From positions 16,199 through 80,198 of the IMG/VR virus record IMGVR_UViG_3300028486_000080: DNA of 64,000 nt; one strand, 5' to 3'. The notes beneath the pieces are model-generated. The model saw only the letters and a list, made by a program, of their open reading frames with translations, ran no database searches and was not told the origin of the DNA. A program made the translations under genes and the position numbers. Shown here piece after piece: positions 1-9,534 of this stretch. Within the stretch, counting starts at the first letter, position 1. Every line of letters starts with the position of its first letter. Source of the stretch: a virus (taxonomy: Duplodnaviria > Heunggongvirae > Uroviricota > Caudoviricetes).

Positions 1-302
1 CGCTGACGCAGAAAAATAGCAACAGGTCCGTCCTCTTCAGTTTCCCACTTGCCACCAAGTAGCCAGCCTTCAGGCACCTCAGGAAACCAGCGCAACAAAA
101 TATCGGCTCCAGACACCCCGTCGTCGTACTCCGACTGTAGCCGTGGATCGTCGAGGTGGTAGACCATGGAGTCGAAGCCCCACATATCCGCCACCTCGCT
201 AAGCCGCGTTTCAGGAGGGGTAAAGTAAAACATCAGCGCAACTAGGGTGCCATCACCTAAGTCAAGTAGCTGCTCAGGCGGGGGCAAATGGTCAGGAACC
301 AT
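1..302 (-). CDS. hypothetical phage protein, truncated by the window edge
   Basis: Manual translation from ATG at 302 (MVPDHLPPPEQ...GWLLGGKWETEEDGPVAIFLRQ) is open to position 1; start overlaps the rIIB stop. Confidence 0.6.
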   Translation of the reverse strand, partial: MVPDHLPPPEQLLDLGDGTLVALMFYFTPPETRLSEVADMWGFDSMVYHLDDPRLQSEYDDGVSGADILLRWFPEVPEGWLLGGKWETEEDGPVAIFLRQ

Positions 303-1239
303 GGTAGCCATCATCGGGCCATCCTTCATCGTATCCGTCATCACCTTCATCCTCATCGTCATCGTAATTAGGACCGTCGTCGTCGTCGTCCTCATCGTAG
401 GCGCGTGAAGTAGTGAGAGGATCATTGTGCCAAACAACGCCTTCCAAGGCAGCCCCCGGAACTGCGAGAGGGCTAGACTCTAGATGGTGGATGCCCACAT
501 CCAGGTCTGCCAATTCTCCAATGACCTTGTATCGGAATACGCGCATCTTAGCGCAATTATAGTCACGCGGGACAGCGACGACATGTGCCGGGCTGACTTC
601 CACAACTACTACGCGATCTCCCGCTCCGTTGCCGAAATGCGGCAGGTACTCTTTCGAGCAAACGTGTAGACCGTTGGAACAGGCGTTATCCCTATCCGGG
701 TCCACCTCCCATGGATCGACCGAAGGCTCTTGCCCTGGGTGATTGTCGATTGTGCCTGAGTGACAGTCCAGGTAGTCGCTGCGAACTTTTTTGTAAGCGA
801 CAAAGTTACCTTCCTCGGTTATCGGCACATTGTTGCGCTCAAGGAAGTCGAATAGTGATAGCACAGCTTCACGACGGTGGTTCTGGTAGAGCTTAGCCAT
901 GAAGTTGACCAATGGTCCCGCATCCAGTTGCAGTTCGATGAAGTGCATGATGCGGTCAGTCAACGTGTTGTGGATCGGTTTGCCCTTGTAGAATACGCCG
1001 TCACGAGTGACAGTGATATCTGCATGCTCAGCGAATGCTGAAGCAACGAACTCGACCTTGTTCATCAGTGGATAGATGTCAGCAGCCGTCGCTACCGAAC
1101 GTATTAGGTCCAACACCTGTTCGTATCGCGGATCGCTCTTCTGCCAAGTGTAGCAGGCTCCCGGATGAGGACTGTCGGGGAGACAGTGTACCGAGATAGA
1201 GTCGGGGGATATGCGGTAAGCGTAGTCACGCTGCAACAT
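292..1239 (-). CDS. rIIB: rIIB-like lysis inhibition protein
   Basis: PITEEGNFVAYKKVRSDYLDCHSG, CSNGLHVCS and VVAVPRDYNCAKMRVFRYKV are rIIB motifs; directly follows rIIA; GAGGA RBS before ATG 1239; D/E-rich tail. Confidence 0.9.
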   Translation of the reverse strand: MLQRDYAYRISPDSISVHCLPDSPHPGACYTWQKSDPRYEQVLDLIRSVATAADIYPLMNKVEFVASAFAEHADITVTRDGVFYKGKPIHNTLTDRIMHFIELQLDAGPLVNFMAKLYQNHRREAVLSLFDFLERNNVPITEEGNFVAYKKVRSDYLDCHSGTIDNHPGQEPSVDPWEVDPDRDNACSNGLHVCSKEYLPHFGNGAGDRVVVVEVSPAHVVAVPRDYNCAKMRVFRYKVIGELADLDVGIHHLESSPLAVPGAALEGVVWHNDPLTTSRAYDEDDDDDGPNYDDDEDEGDDGYDEGWPDDGYHGS

Positions 1240-3646
1240 TATCTTCCTCACCGGTTAAGCTTAATCGTTTCTCGATCACGCTTATAACGTGGGCTGCCAT
1301 GGCTGTCAACTCAGGAAATCCTGATAGATCAAGTGGCGGCGCCTTATCCTTGTAGAACGAGAGCATGCCGTAGAAGTAAGCCTTCCCTGTGTCGGTCAAG
1401 AGTGCGTTGACGTGGGAGTCATCGGTGAGCATCCGTTCTAGCATAATGTAACGCTCATCGAACGCCTTAGCGATCCGATTATAGTCGAAGACCTTATCTT
1501 CGCTTTGCTTGAACCCATGACCGTACATGCGGCTGAGGATAACTCCCAACCGAGTCCGATTATTGTTGTCATCATCGCCCCGCCACGACATTGCCGTTGG
1601 TACACCAAATCCTAGAGCGAACAGTGGATCGCTGCGCATCATATCGATGATCATAGGTCCGATCTCGATCATATTGTTGCTCAGGAGCTTTGATAGTTTC
1701 AGGAAGTGGTGTCCTGTGTGTGACAACAAACTAGCGCGGACATTCAACTGAATTTCGTCCTTGCGAATTTGCTGTATCACTTTTTTATCGATAACCCCGA
1801 GGAGATTCTTCCACAAGGTGTTGCCCTTCATCACCTCAGCCTGCCCCGCGGTAAGGCGATAGATTGGTATCGTCTTATCGTAGAACCCAAGCGCCTCAGA
1901 ATTATCGAGCACCGATCTGAAAGTGCTGCGATTGATCCGTGACTTCACTCTCCCTCCCGCAGAGGGTGGGACCATCAAATCATGGGTGGACGTGTGTCTT
2001 ACGACGTAATAGGCTTCTGAGGTATAGCACGGCTCTATCTTTCCTCCCCAGTTGTCTAAAACCCATGGGTATACAGCCGTCTTAGAAAATTTCGCTTTAG
2101 CTTGAGGTTTTGCCCGTACTTTCGCGGATTCTGGCAAGTCGTCTTCAAAGTAAGCTCCGCGAAAGACGCCAGCTTCTTCGATCTTTGCCAGCATTTGTTT
2201 GACATAGCGGCGCGCGCAGCGAATCACCCACACCTGTAGGGCGCTATCTTTTCCTGGCGGGAGCTTCCACTTCTTGGACTCCTCCACCAAGTGCTCGTTA
2301 ATTGCCGGGTTCCACTTCAAATGCGACGGAACTATGTATAGGATGTCAGAAGGCACGATGTTGATAGTTGTCTTCTTAAAAGGCGACAAATCAACATAGG
2401 TCGTCCCTGCGTAGGCGTATAGGCTACCTGCATGAAAGTTAGCCTGAAAACCTAGTGTGCGCTTGCTAAGCTCAAAAGTCCGTGACGGTTTGCCTATGTA
2501 TCTCGGGAGAGCGTCTTGGTTGTCTTTGACGTATTGCTTCCAGTTTTGTTCAATACGATTCTGCCCAAGTTCAGCGACTAGTGTTGTCATCGCGCGAACA
2601 TATATTGGCTGATCCTGCTCATCCTCATCCAAGTAGGTCTTGGCTAGCGCCTCGGCAGCGGTAGGATAAGTGCGGGCATTACCTATTGTGGATTCGATAT
2701 CAGCCTGTAGTTTGTCGAATCCTTCGTTAATAGTATTGATGATTCGTTGCTTGCTCACCTCATCGTATTGGATAGCTTCACGAGACATCGTGACGGAGCA
2801 AGTCCCGATTGGTAGATCGATGAGGATAGTCTTCGCCTCCTCACTCATGCTCCTAATGACGCTACGCGTTTTGGTGTCAACATCGTACATCAGAGAAGCG
2901 TCGAGTGGATAGACTGCCGCTCCTTGGCGTACATAAACGTTCCAGATTCCCTTTTGCGAGGCGTCCCCTAAATAGACGCGATCCGTGAGTTTGATGATGC
3001 CACCAAAGCTCTGGATGTCGATGTCTTCGTACCCTACGCCTTCAAATACGATCCTCTTGTCAAACCAGGAGAAGTGTTGATTGGCTAGCCCTTCGATGAT
3101 CTCACGCCGATGACTGTCCCCAAGGGGAACAGTTACTTCGATGCCTCTAGGCTCTTCCGAGGGCATCGTGTAAGAGTGGTCAATTCTCGGCACACCATCT
3201 TGCGGAACGCAAATTTCATACGCGCGCACTTCCTTACCGTCGAAAGCGCTGAGTATGAAAGCATCGACCAGCGCAAGCGGTGACTTGGAGCCGATGCCAA
3301 ACATACCAGTCTCTTCATTCGAGTCCTGCTTGGTGCTTTCGAAGAGTGTGGAGTAGTGCTCCATAATGAAGTCATGCGACATCCCCACGCCGAAGTCGCG
3401 CACAGCGAAGTTAGGCTCCATGTGTGAAGGCAGCGATACCTTGATAGGCACATCTTCGCATCCAGCCTTAGCGTGGCTGTCAAGCGCGTTAGCGATCAAC
3501 TCACGGACGACTGTCTCAGCCTTTTTGGAGTAGATGCTATCGACAAGATTGCGGAAGGAGCGTCCTGTCGCCTTGATCTTCATCGTCGCGCTTTGACCGA
3601 ACCCCTCGCTCGTGACAACGCGATTTTCCTCGTATACGTCCTTCAT
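1226..3646 (-). CDS. rIIA: rIIA-like protein with N-terminal GHKL ATPase domain
   Basis: LVDSIYSKK..VVRELIANALDSH, VRDFGVGM, GMFGIGSKSP, SREAIQYD; paired with rIIB. Confidence 0.9.
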   Translation of the reverse strand: MKDVYEENRVVTSEGFGQSATMKIKATGRSFRNLVDSIYSKKAETVVRELIANALDSHAKAGCEDVPIKVSLPSHMEPNFAVRDFGVGMSHDFIMEHYSTLFESTKQDSNEETGMFGIGSKSPLALVDAFILSAFDGKEVRAYEICVPQDGVPRIDHSYTMPSEEPRGIEVTVPLGDSHRREIIEGLANQHFSWFDKRIVFEGVGYEDIDIQSFGGIIKLTDRVYLGDASQKGIWNVYVRQGAAVYPLDASLMYDVDTKTRSVIRSMSEEAKTILIDLPIGTCSVTMSREAIQYDEVSKQRIINTINEGFDKLQADIESTIGNARTYPTAAEALAKTYLDEDEQDQPIYVRAMTTLVAELGQNRIEQNWKQYVKDNQDALPRYIGKPSRTFELSKRTLGFQANFHAGSLYAYAGTTYVDLSPFKKTTINIVPSDILYIVPSHLKWNPAINEHLVEESKKWKLPPGKDSALQVWVIRCARRYVKQMLAKIEEAGVFRGAYFEDDLPESAKVRAKPQAKAKFSKTAVYPWVLDNWGGKIEPCYTSEAYYVVRHTSTHDLMVPPSAGGRVKSRINRSTFRSVLDNSEALGFYDKTIPIYRLTAGQAEVMKGNTLWKNLLGVIDKKVIQQIRKDEIQLNVRASLLSHTGHHFLKLSKLLSNNMIEIGPMIIDMMRSDPLFALGFGVPTAMSWRGDDDNNNRTRLGVILSRMYGHGFKQSEDKVFDYNRIAKAFDERYIMLERMLTDDSHVNALLTDTGKAYFYGMLSFYKDKAPPLDLSGFPELTAMAAHVISVIEKRLSLTGEEDNVAA

Positions 3647-3675
3647 AAGTAACCTTAATCTAAGGGCTCAAAAGG

Positions 3676-3698
3676 AAGCCCTACCTTAGGTAGGGCTT
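3676..3698 (-). terminator. intrinsic terminator-like hairpin downstream of the sciP-like gene
   Basis: Perfect 10-bp stem AAGCCCTACC-TTA-GGTAGGGCTT, followed by a short T tract on the minus strand. Confidence 0.55.
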
Positions 3699-3728
3699 AA
3701 GTTCACTTGGGAGAACGGAGTATCAGCC

Positions 3729-3995
3729 TCAGGACTGACGATGCTCATGTACCTTAGTCACCTTGAGTCCGTCAAGCCCGAACTTCGCGAGGGACATTTC
3801 CCAATATTTCAGTTCGGCTTCGGTCCAGCGGTAGGTCTTCAGAGCCCACTCACGCGTAATTAGCTTGCCGTGGATAGCAGCGATTACTTCTGCTTTTCTA
3901 CGGGCGGTCCACCGCGAGGTATTCGCTGGGGGTAGGCTATCGACCGTGATCTGACCGGTTGGTCCTAGAGCATACTTCGGGCGATGTGCTGCCAT
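3729..3995 (-). CDS. sciP: SciP / DUF1153 family CtrA-inhibitor homolog
   Basis: YALGPTGQITVDSLPPANTSRWTARRKAEVIAAIHGKLIT...W...GLDGLKVT matches the SciP pattern GP.G....DLPP..T.RW..RRKAEVVAAV.GGL; GGAGG RBS before ATG 3995. Confidence 0.88.
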   Translation of the reverse strand: MAAHRPKYALGPTGQITVDSLPPANTSRWTARRKAEVIAAIHGKLITREWALKTYRWTEAELKYWEMSLAKFGLDGLKVTKVHEHRQS

Positions 3996-4073
3996 GTGTT
4001 TTACCTCCATGGGGTTGCTGGAGGTCTTACTAGCATCGTTAATACTAATCAGCAAGGGAAATTTTCGGTAAGG

Positions 4074-4646
4074 TTAACTTGTCTGTGCAGCGCGTAGCAG
4101 CATAGCCTTAAGAACTTCCGCAGCAGCTAATGTATCCGCGAAGGCGTCATGGGCATCCTCGATCTTCTTACGAAGAAATGTGTAGTATGCACCACTCAAA
4201 CGCACAGGGCGGTTGAGCATAACTTCAGCCCGTTTCATGATGCACATAGTTTGCGTGTTGTCGGGGAAGATCGGGCGCTGACTATAGTCCTCAGGATCAA
4301 TACGCATAGAGGTTTGACGCATCACCTTCTCATCAAAGGCTAGGTTATACGCGGTAATAAGGTCAGCTTCCTCACATAACTCACGAAACTCCGCTAGAAC
4401 TTCCTTGATCGGGCGCCCCTCAGCTTGGCATAGGGCTGGAGTAATACCATGTACCTCTACAGCTTTCTCATGAAACGGGGCACCTCGGGGCACCTTAACC
4501 AGGGTATTCACGGTCTTAATTATCTCGAAGTTATCCCCGAGCATGACCACACCAAGCTGCACCGGCCACGGCTGCACAATCGATAGCGGGTCTTCACCCT
4601 GAACTGGTAGACCGGTGGTTTCAGTATCGAATACGAGAACCTTCAT
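4074..4646 (-). CDS. DEDDh 3'-5' exonuclease, DNA polymerase III epsilon-like
   Basis: VFDTETTG, AYNLAFD, HDAFADT motifs. Confidence 0.9.
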   Translation of the reverse strand: MKVLVFDTETTGLPVQGEDPLSIVQPWPVQLGVVMLGDNFEIIKTVNTLVKVPRGAPFHEKAVEVHGITPALCQAEGRPIKEVLAEFRELCEEADLITAYNLAFDEKVMRQTSMRIDPEDYSQRPIFPDNTQTMCIMKRAEVMLNRPVRLSGAYYTFLRKKIEDAHDAFADTLAAAEVLKAMLLRAAQTS

Positions 4647-4662
4647 AACGAGTAACCTTGAG

Positions 4663-4709
4663 TTAACCTACAATGTTAACCATACTACTACAAAAGCGCT
4701 TGCTGTCAA
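4663..4709 (-). promoter_or_regulatory. sigma70-like promoter TTGACA-N16-TAGTAT with a downstream TTAA-N9-TTAA
   Basis: Read directly: -35 at 4704-4709, -10 at 4682-4687, TTAA at 4663 and 4676. Confidence 0.55.
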
Positions 4710-4734
4710 GCACTAAATTAACTACTCTTAAGGG

Positions 4735-5049
4735 ATGGATGATAGAACCAAGAAGCTCATGGCCATTCTCGCAGAGAACGGCTACACGCACGTCCGTCAG
4801 CTGCCCACAGGAGAGTGGGCGGCGATCCTGAAGTTCATCTTCACGTATGGATTGTGTGTGGGCTTGGATGAATATGGGTTGCGTACGCGCTTTTGCTACG
4901 GAACCGAGATCGAAGCCGTAGCCGCGCTGCATGAGTGGGATGGTAAGGGCTTCCCACCGGGTTGGTGGCTGCGTCAGAAACCCGAGGATATCAATAATCC
5001 GCTAAGAGAAGAGCTAAACGCTTCACTCGAAGAGCCTCACGACCTTTAG
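4735..5049 (+). CDS. hypothetical phage protein
   Basis: 104 aa ORF with plausible composition, divergent from the exonuclease. Confidence 0.65.
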   Translation: MDDRTKKLMAILAENGYTHVRQLPTGEWAAILKFIFTYGLCVGLDEYGLRTRFCYGTEIEAVAALHEWDGKGFPPGWWLRQKPEDINNPLREELNASLEEPHDL

Positions 5050-5446
5050 CGGCGCAGGCGTTCTTGTCCTTGATGTTGCGCCCACAAAATGTAGGCGTTA
5101 ACATGTGGCAGTTAGGGCAGATGGCTTCTAGGTTATTGCGCTTGTTGTTCTCGCGGTCACCATCGATGTGATCCACAGTGAGAGGCATGGGCTGCCCCAT
5201 CCACTCGTTCAGGTTACAGTGTGCACAATACCCATCTTGCTCTTCGATAATGCGCCGACGCAGAGTTTTCCAAGTCATCTGCTCGGTATCAGCCGCATGA
5301 CGCTTTGCTCGCGCCTTTGCTCTAGAAGCTTCGATGGAGCGCATACGACGATCTAGGCGCTGGCATTTAGCCGAGCACACCACACTCGTCTTCTCTCTGT
5401 CTTTTCTAGGGGTGTATTCTGATCCACACTGACGGCATATAGTCAT
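4991..5446 (-). CDS. HNH endonuclease with N-terminal Zn-finger
   Basis: CRQC...CSAKC; CAHC..LTVDHIDGDRENNKRNNLEAICPNCH. Confidence 0.85.
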   Translation of the reverse strand: MTICRQCGSEYTPRKDREKTSVVCSAKCQRLDRRMRSIEASRAKARAKRHAADTEQMTWKTLRRRIIEEQDGYCAHCNLNEWMGQPMPLTVDHIDGDRENNKRNNLEAICPNCHMLTPTFCGRNIKDKNACAAKGREALRVKRLALLLADY

Positions 5447-5586
5447 GGTAGAGTCCAGCCCTTCGGAGCCTCACTCCAGCGAAGCAGTTTAGACCACCAC
5501 ACCTCATCAACATGCACGGTTGGTCCTTGGACGATCTTGAAGCTGTTCGGCGGCATGTCAGGATCGAGGACGACCTTCATGCCCAT
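5443..5586 (-). CDS. small hypothetical protein
   Basis: Fills the gap between the TusA-like and HNH genes; stop overlaps the HNH start. Confidence 0.4.
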   Translation of the reverse strand: MGMKVVLDPDMPPNSFKIVQGPTVHVDEVWWSKLLRWSEAPKGWTLP

Positions 5587-5596
5587 GTAGGTTAGC

Positions 5597-5929
5597 TCAG
5601 GCTTTGGTGAGTTTGTAGAGCCCATGTCCTAAGGTCTCCAAGAAGTGCTTGTTCTTCTCCGCGAAAGCGATAAGGTCTTTCACGGTACCAGGGTCATCAG
5701 TCTTGATGATGGCTACGTCACCCGACGCCATAGTGCGCACTGAGCGATTGAGCTTGATGATGCTCACCGGGCACTTGGCTCCAATCAGGTTGATTTCGAT
5801 CTCCATAGGCACACTGCCCTCCATTGTGTTTAAGTAGTCCTGGCATGCCGCACACTGACAAGGGTATCCGACCCTCCAGGTATCGGTGCCGCAGGGGTTG
5901 CCGGTAATATGACAGCGAGTGTTCAGCAT
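5597..5929 (-). CDS. TusA/SirA-like sulfur carrier domain with Cys-rich N-terminal extension
   Basis: INLIGAKCPVSII...MASGDVAIIKTDDPGTVKDL follows the TusA pattern LD..G..CP.P......GE.L....DDP....D; ATG overlaps the polymerase stop (TGATG). Confidence 0.72.
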   Translation of the reverse strand: MLNTRCHITGNPCGTDTWRVGYPCQCAACQDYLNTMEGSVPMEIEINLIGAKCPVSIIKLNRSVRTMASGDVAIIKTDDPGTVKDLIAFAEKNKHFLETLGHGLYKLTKA

Positions 5930-8151
5930 CAATGAGTCTCCGCCCAATTATCGCCCGCCTTTGCATCAGCCTCAATAGGGAGCTTGATCCCGAGTTGCTT
6001 ACCGGCATCAAGGGCGCTTTGGAGACAGACGTTCCAGATGAGTTGTTCGTGCTCAGCGCGACACCCAAACTGAAGTTCGTCGTGCGAGTAAATCATCAGG
6101 GTAAAGTCGTTGTCATAACCGACCTTCAGCCCATGCTCGCGCTCCAGCACATCCATAATCCGTATGATCCAGAACTTGGACACGATTGCCCCAGCGGATT
6201 GCAGCAGCGTGTTGAGGGCGGCATGGGACTTACGCACAGTCAGACGGCGACCGTCGAGACCTTTGATCCACCCTCGCTTAGCGAGTGCTTGGACATTTTC
6301 AACCAACAAGTTCATGCCCGTGACGCCGCGCATGAACCGCTTCCTAGCTTCTTTTCCGACGACCTTCTGACGGCTCGGCGGCGAGAGTGGTTCAATAATG
6401 AAGCCGAGCTTTTCGTCTCCAGCGCCGTAGATGAGCGCAAACAGGAACGCCTTAGCATCGCGCCGGTTATCGAATCCTAGGATAGCTCGGTTAGCTTCGT
6501 GGATGTCCTTGTTGAGAACAACATCAGCAAGTGCCCCGTCATCGTAGGGCCAAAGATAGTGTGCCCAGCAACGAAGCTCGATACCCTTCAAGTCGGCGCC
6601 AACCATGCGCCATCCCTGCGGCACCCCGAAGAGTGCACGGCAGTCATAACCCCACTTTCCTTCTTCACCCTTAGCTACACGGACCTTGGGCTCCCCCTTC
6701 TCATCCAGGATCGGCTTCCCATCCGCATCAAGCAGCTTCACGAACTGCACAGATGGAACCTGAGAGATATTCGGGTTCATATGCGATGCACGACCAGTTA
6801 CCGTGTTGCACGGGATGATCGTTGGATGCAGAAAGCCATTGGTATCTACCATACCAAGCCAAGCTTTCTTGCCCGTCTTCAACTGACCTAGACGCTTCTG
6901 GAGCAACAGGTACTTAACGAGAGACTTCGCTACCTGCGGATAGTCCTCTTCAAGCTTCAGCAGCGTCTTCTCATCTGTCGCTGGAGCACCAGTGTCAGTG
7001 AACTCTTCTGGCACCCATCCCATTTCCATGAGGCGGTGCTGGATTTGTGGTCGCGAGTTAGGGTTGAACTTGACCTTGGCGATCTTGACGTAGGCTCCAT
7101 CGCCAGTAACTTCGTTGTACTTGGTAATCTGCGCATAGATGCCGTGCGGCGTGATTGCTTTGCGATCACGCTTCGGATGGAACTCCTCACCCCATTGCTC
7201 GCGCGTCTGCCAATCCAGCAGGTTAAACCGCCGCCGGTACACAGGGTGCTTCGGATATAGTCGCTGAAGTTCTGTTAGCTCGTTGTGGCTCGCCTCAGGC
7301 GTGAACACCCACTTCTCAGGCTCGTAACGATCAGGGAACTCGTGCTGAAGCAGGGCGCCAAAGTGCTCGACCAAACCATGGAGTTCGTCATATAACGCTT
7401 CGGCTCCCTCGACATCGAACCAGATTCCGTTGTCTTTAGTCTCCTCCATAAGCTCCATCATGTAGTGCTCAACACGCACTGCATTCAGGACGCCAGGGTT
7501 CATCTTCGGCTTGAGCTTCTTCAGCCATAGCGACTTCAGCAGACGACTATCGTCAATGCCGTAGTCGATCATGTCGGGATTGCACTCAGCCCAAGGGTCC
7601 AGCCCCTTGGCGAGCATCATTGCCTTATAGTCACCCTTCGACTCTTGCAGGCGAACACCCCAAGCTTCGAGCCCGTGTTTGCCGATCATCTGCCCAGTCA
7701 GCTTCTTAGGATGCCCGAACGGCAGGCTCTTGGTCTTCTCAAAGAGAACGAAGTCAGTGTCCTCTTTGATGTTGCCATGGAAGAGGCGGCACAGGACGAT
7801 GGAGTCCCATGTCTCTGTCGCAGTGCGATCAAAGGCTGTGTGATGCTCCAACACTTGATAGTCGAAGCCGATACCGTTGTGGAACACAACAGTCTTCGAG
7901 CGCATTAGCATCGCCACGCCCGCCGCAATCGCCCCTTCACCAAACATGAAGTGACGATTGGGGCGAGCCAGGGTTTCAGCGACGTATGCAAGATCAGCCC
8001 GAGCGACGAATACGAACTCGTTGTCCGTCTCGGCTTCGGCAATCGTCAGCATGTGGATGGTATCAGGCATCCAATTTGGTGGCGAACCAATAGCCGTCGT
8101 CTCGATATCCGCTAGGGATGTCTGAGGGCTGTATGTATTAAGATCAATCAT
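5929..8151 (-). CDS. polA: T7-like family A DNA polymerase with 3'-5' exonuclease domain
   Basis: ADIET, FHNGIGFD, TVTGRASHMNPNISQVP, motif A DLKGIELR, motif B RRDAKAFLFALIYGAG, LQSAGA, motif C SHDELQ. Confidence 0.95.
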   Translation of the reverse strand: MIDLNTYSPQTSLADIETTAIGSPPNWMPDTIHMLTIAEAETDNEFVFVARADLAYVAETLARPNRHFMFGEGAIAAGVAMLMRSKTVVFHNGIGFDYQVLEHHTAFDRTATETWDSIVLCRLFHGNIKEDTDFVLFEKTKSLPFGHPKKLTGQMIGKHGLEAWGVRLQESKGDYKAMMLAKGLDPWAECNPDMIDYGIDDSRLLKSLWLKKLKPKMNPGVLNAVRVEHYMMELMEETKDNGIWFDVEGAEALYDELHGLVEHFGALLQHEFPDRYEPEKWVFTPEASHNELTELQRLYPKHPVYRRRFNLLDWQTREQWGEEFHPKRDRKAITPHGIYAQITKYNEVTGDGAYVKIAKVKFNPNSRPQIQHRLMEMGWVPEEFTDTGAPATDEKTLLKLEEDYPQVAKSLVKYLLLQKRLGQLKTGKKAWLGMVDTNGFLHPTIIPCNTVTGRASHMNPNISQVPSVQFVKLLDADGKPILDEKGEPKVRVAKGEEGKWGYDCRALFGVPQGWRMVGADLKGIELRCWAHYLWPYDDGALADVVLNKDIHEANRAILGFDNRRDAKAFLFALIYGAGDEKLGFIIEPLSPPSRQKVVGKEARKRFMRGVTGMNLLVENVQALAKRGWIKGLDGRRLTVRKSHAALNTLLQSAGAIVSKFWIIRIMDVLEREHGLKVGYDNDFTLMIYSHDELQFGCRAEHEQLIWNVCLQSALDAGKQLGIKLPIEADAKAGDNWAETH

Positions 8152-8160
8152 TATCCTTAA

Positions 8161-9534
8161 TCATACCATACCTGCAATAGCTACGCTAGAGCGAGCGCGT
8201 GTGATAGCCGTATAATTCCACTGTGCCCATTCAGAGCGTGCCTTGCTCATGTCCGAGAATACAAATACGTGCTCATACTCTGATCCCTGAGACTTGTGCC
8301 CTGTTATGCAGTGAGCGAACTGTACACCACATACTGATCGTTTGGTGAGCATGCTCTGTGCACGCAACAGATTTCTCTCGTGGTCTGGGTCACGAACTGC
8401 CGGGCAGTCATCATATGAAGCCATGAGATCGATGAAGCACATAGGGATCACCTCAGGATCGCGATCTGGCTCATCTGGATAATCCACGCGAACCTTGCAT
8501 ATCAGGTCCGAGTATGGATCAACCGCCTTGCTCATCAGGTTGAGCACACGGACGCGTACACCATTCACCCAACCGCGTGTGTTGTGGTTGGTTGTCAGAA
8601 TAAGTTCTTCGTTTTCTGACGGGTAGAACGGATACTTCATCGGATCAGGACCAAGAGAGACAAGTTTCTTACGCTTGCGTATATAGCCGTTGATCCGATG
8701 GCGTAGTCGGTTCTCAAAACAAATCGCTTGGTGGGTATCAGTGAAGGGCGCCATCGCGATTGGGTGAACTTGGGGGAAGGTGCTCACATCATCCCACGCC
8801 TTGAACGAGGACATGGGCGGTGTTTGCCGCTTATTGTAGATGAAATGCGATAACGGAAGGATTCCGCTATGCGCCTCCTGGCGCAGAACTTTAGTGAGCT
8901 TGTAATCTGCATTTGGGAGATCGATAGCTTGCTTGTCATTGACCGGTGGAAGCTGCCCATAGTCCCCAAAGAAGATCATAGGTAGCGTGTGATGCTTCAC
9001 CATATCATCGAATAGGCGCGTCCCTATCATTGACGCTTCATCAAAAATCAAAACGTCGCCCGCAAGATCATCAGACTCTTTTGGGCTGAAGTGCATCAGG
9101 TTCTCGTTCTCGATTATCTCACGACGTTTACACTTGAGTTCGAAGATGCGCTGACGAATATCATTCGTCGGCATTTCCAATGTCAGGGATTCAAGCGCAT
9201 CATCCACCTGGGTAAGTGCCTGGGATACGCCGCCGCACAACGCAGAGTGCATAGTGTAAGCCCTGGTGCAGATGCGTGCCTTCTGGAGCTTCTTGGTCAG
9301 CACATCGGCAGCTTTGCCGGTGGGCGCCATGACTAGAGGATTGATGCCTTCAGCCTTCAGACGGCGAATGAGTTCAGCAGCGATGGTGGTCTTACCCGTA
9401 CCGGCTAGCCCAGTTACAGAGCGCCGTGTGCCTCGACCACCGTCCTTACCGTAGCTCACTAGGCTTTCAACGATCTCCGCCTGTTGCTGCGTCAAGGATA
9501 CGCTTGCGGTTGCCGTCGTATCGGTCTTGGACAT
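8161..9534 (-). CDS. RecD/Dda-like SF1B helicase
   Basis: LTQQQ, GLAGTGKTT, MAPTGKAA, DEASM, GDYGQLPPV, HKSQGSEY, YTAITRAR. Confidence 0.9.
   Translation of the reverse strand: MSKTDTTATASVSLTQQQAEIVESLVSYGKDGGRGTRRSVTGLAGTGKTTIAAELIRRLKAEGINPLVMAPTGKAADVLTKKLQKARICTRAYTMHSALCGGVSQALTQVDDALESLTLEMPTNDIRQRIFELKCKRREIIENENLMHFSPKESDDLAGDVLIFDEASMIGTRLFDDMVKHHTLPMIFFGDYGQLPPVNDKQAIDLPNADYKLTKVLRQEAHSGILPLSHFIYNKRQTPPMSSFKAWDDVSTFPQVHPIAMAPFTDTHQAICFENRLRHRINGYIRKRKKLVSLGPDPMKYPFYPSENEELILTTNHNTRGWVNGVRVRVLNLMSKAVDPYSDLICKVRVDYPDEPDRDPEVIPMCFIDLMASYDDCPAVRDPDHERNLLRAQSMLTKRSVCGVQFAHCITGHKSQGSEYEHVFVFSDMSKARSEWAQWNYTAITRARSSVAIAGMV

Noticed and set aside
292-420. GAC/GAT-rich low-complexity stretch as a DNA repeat element
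   Set aside because: It is the coding sequence of the acidic rIIB C-terminal tail.
5932-7260. Long plus-strand ORFs (5932-6480, 6499-6891, 7036-7260)
   Set aside because: Antisense shadows of the DNA polymerase gene; no RBS or recognisable motifs.
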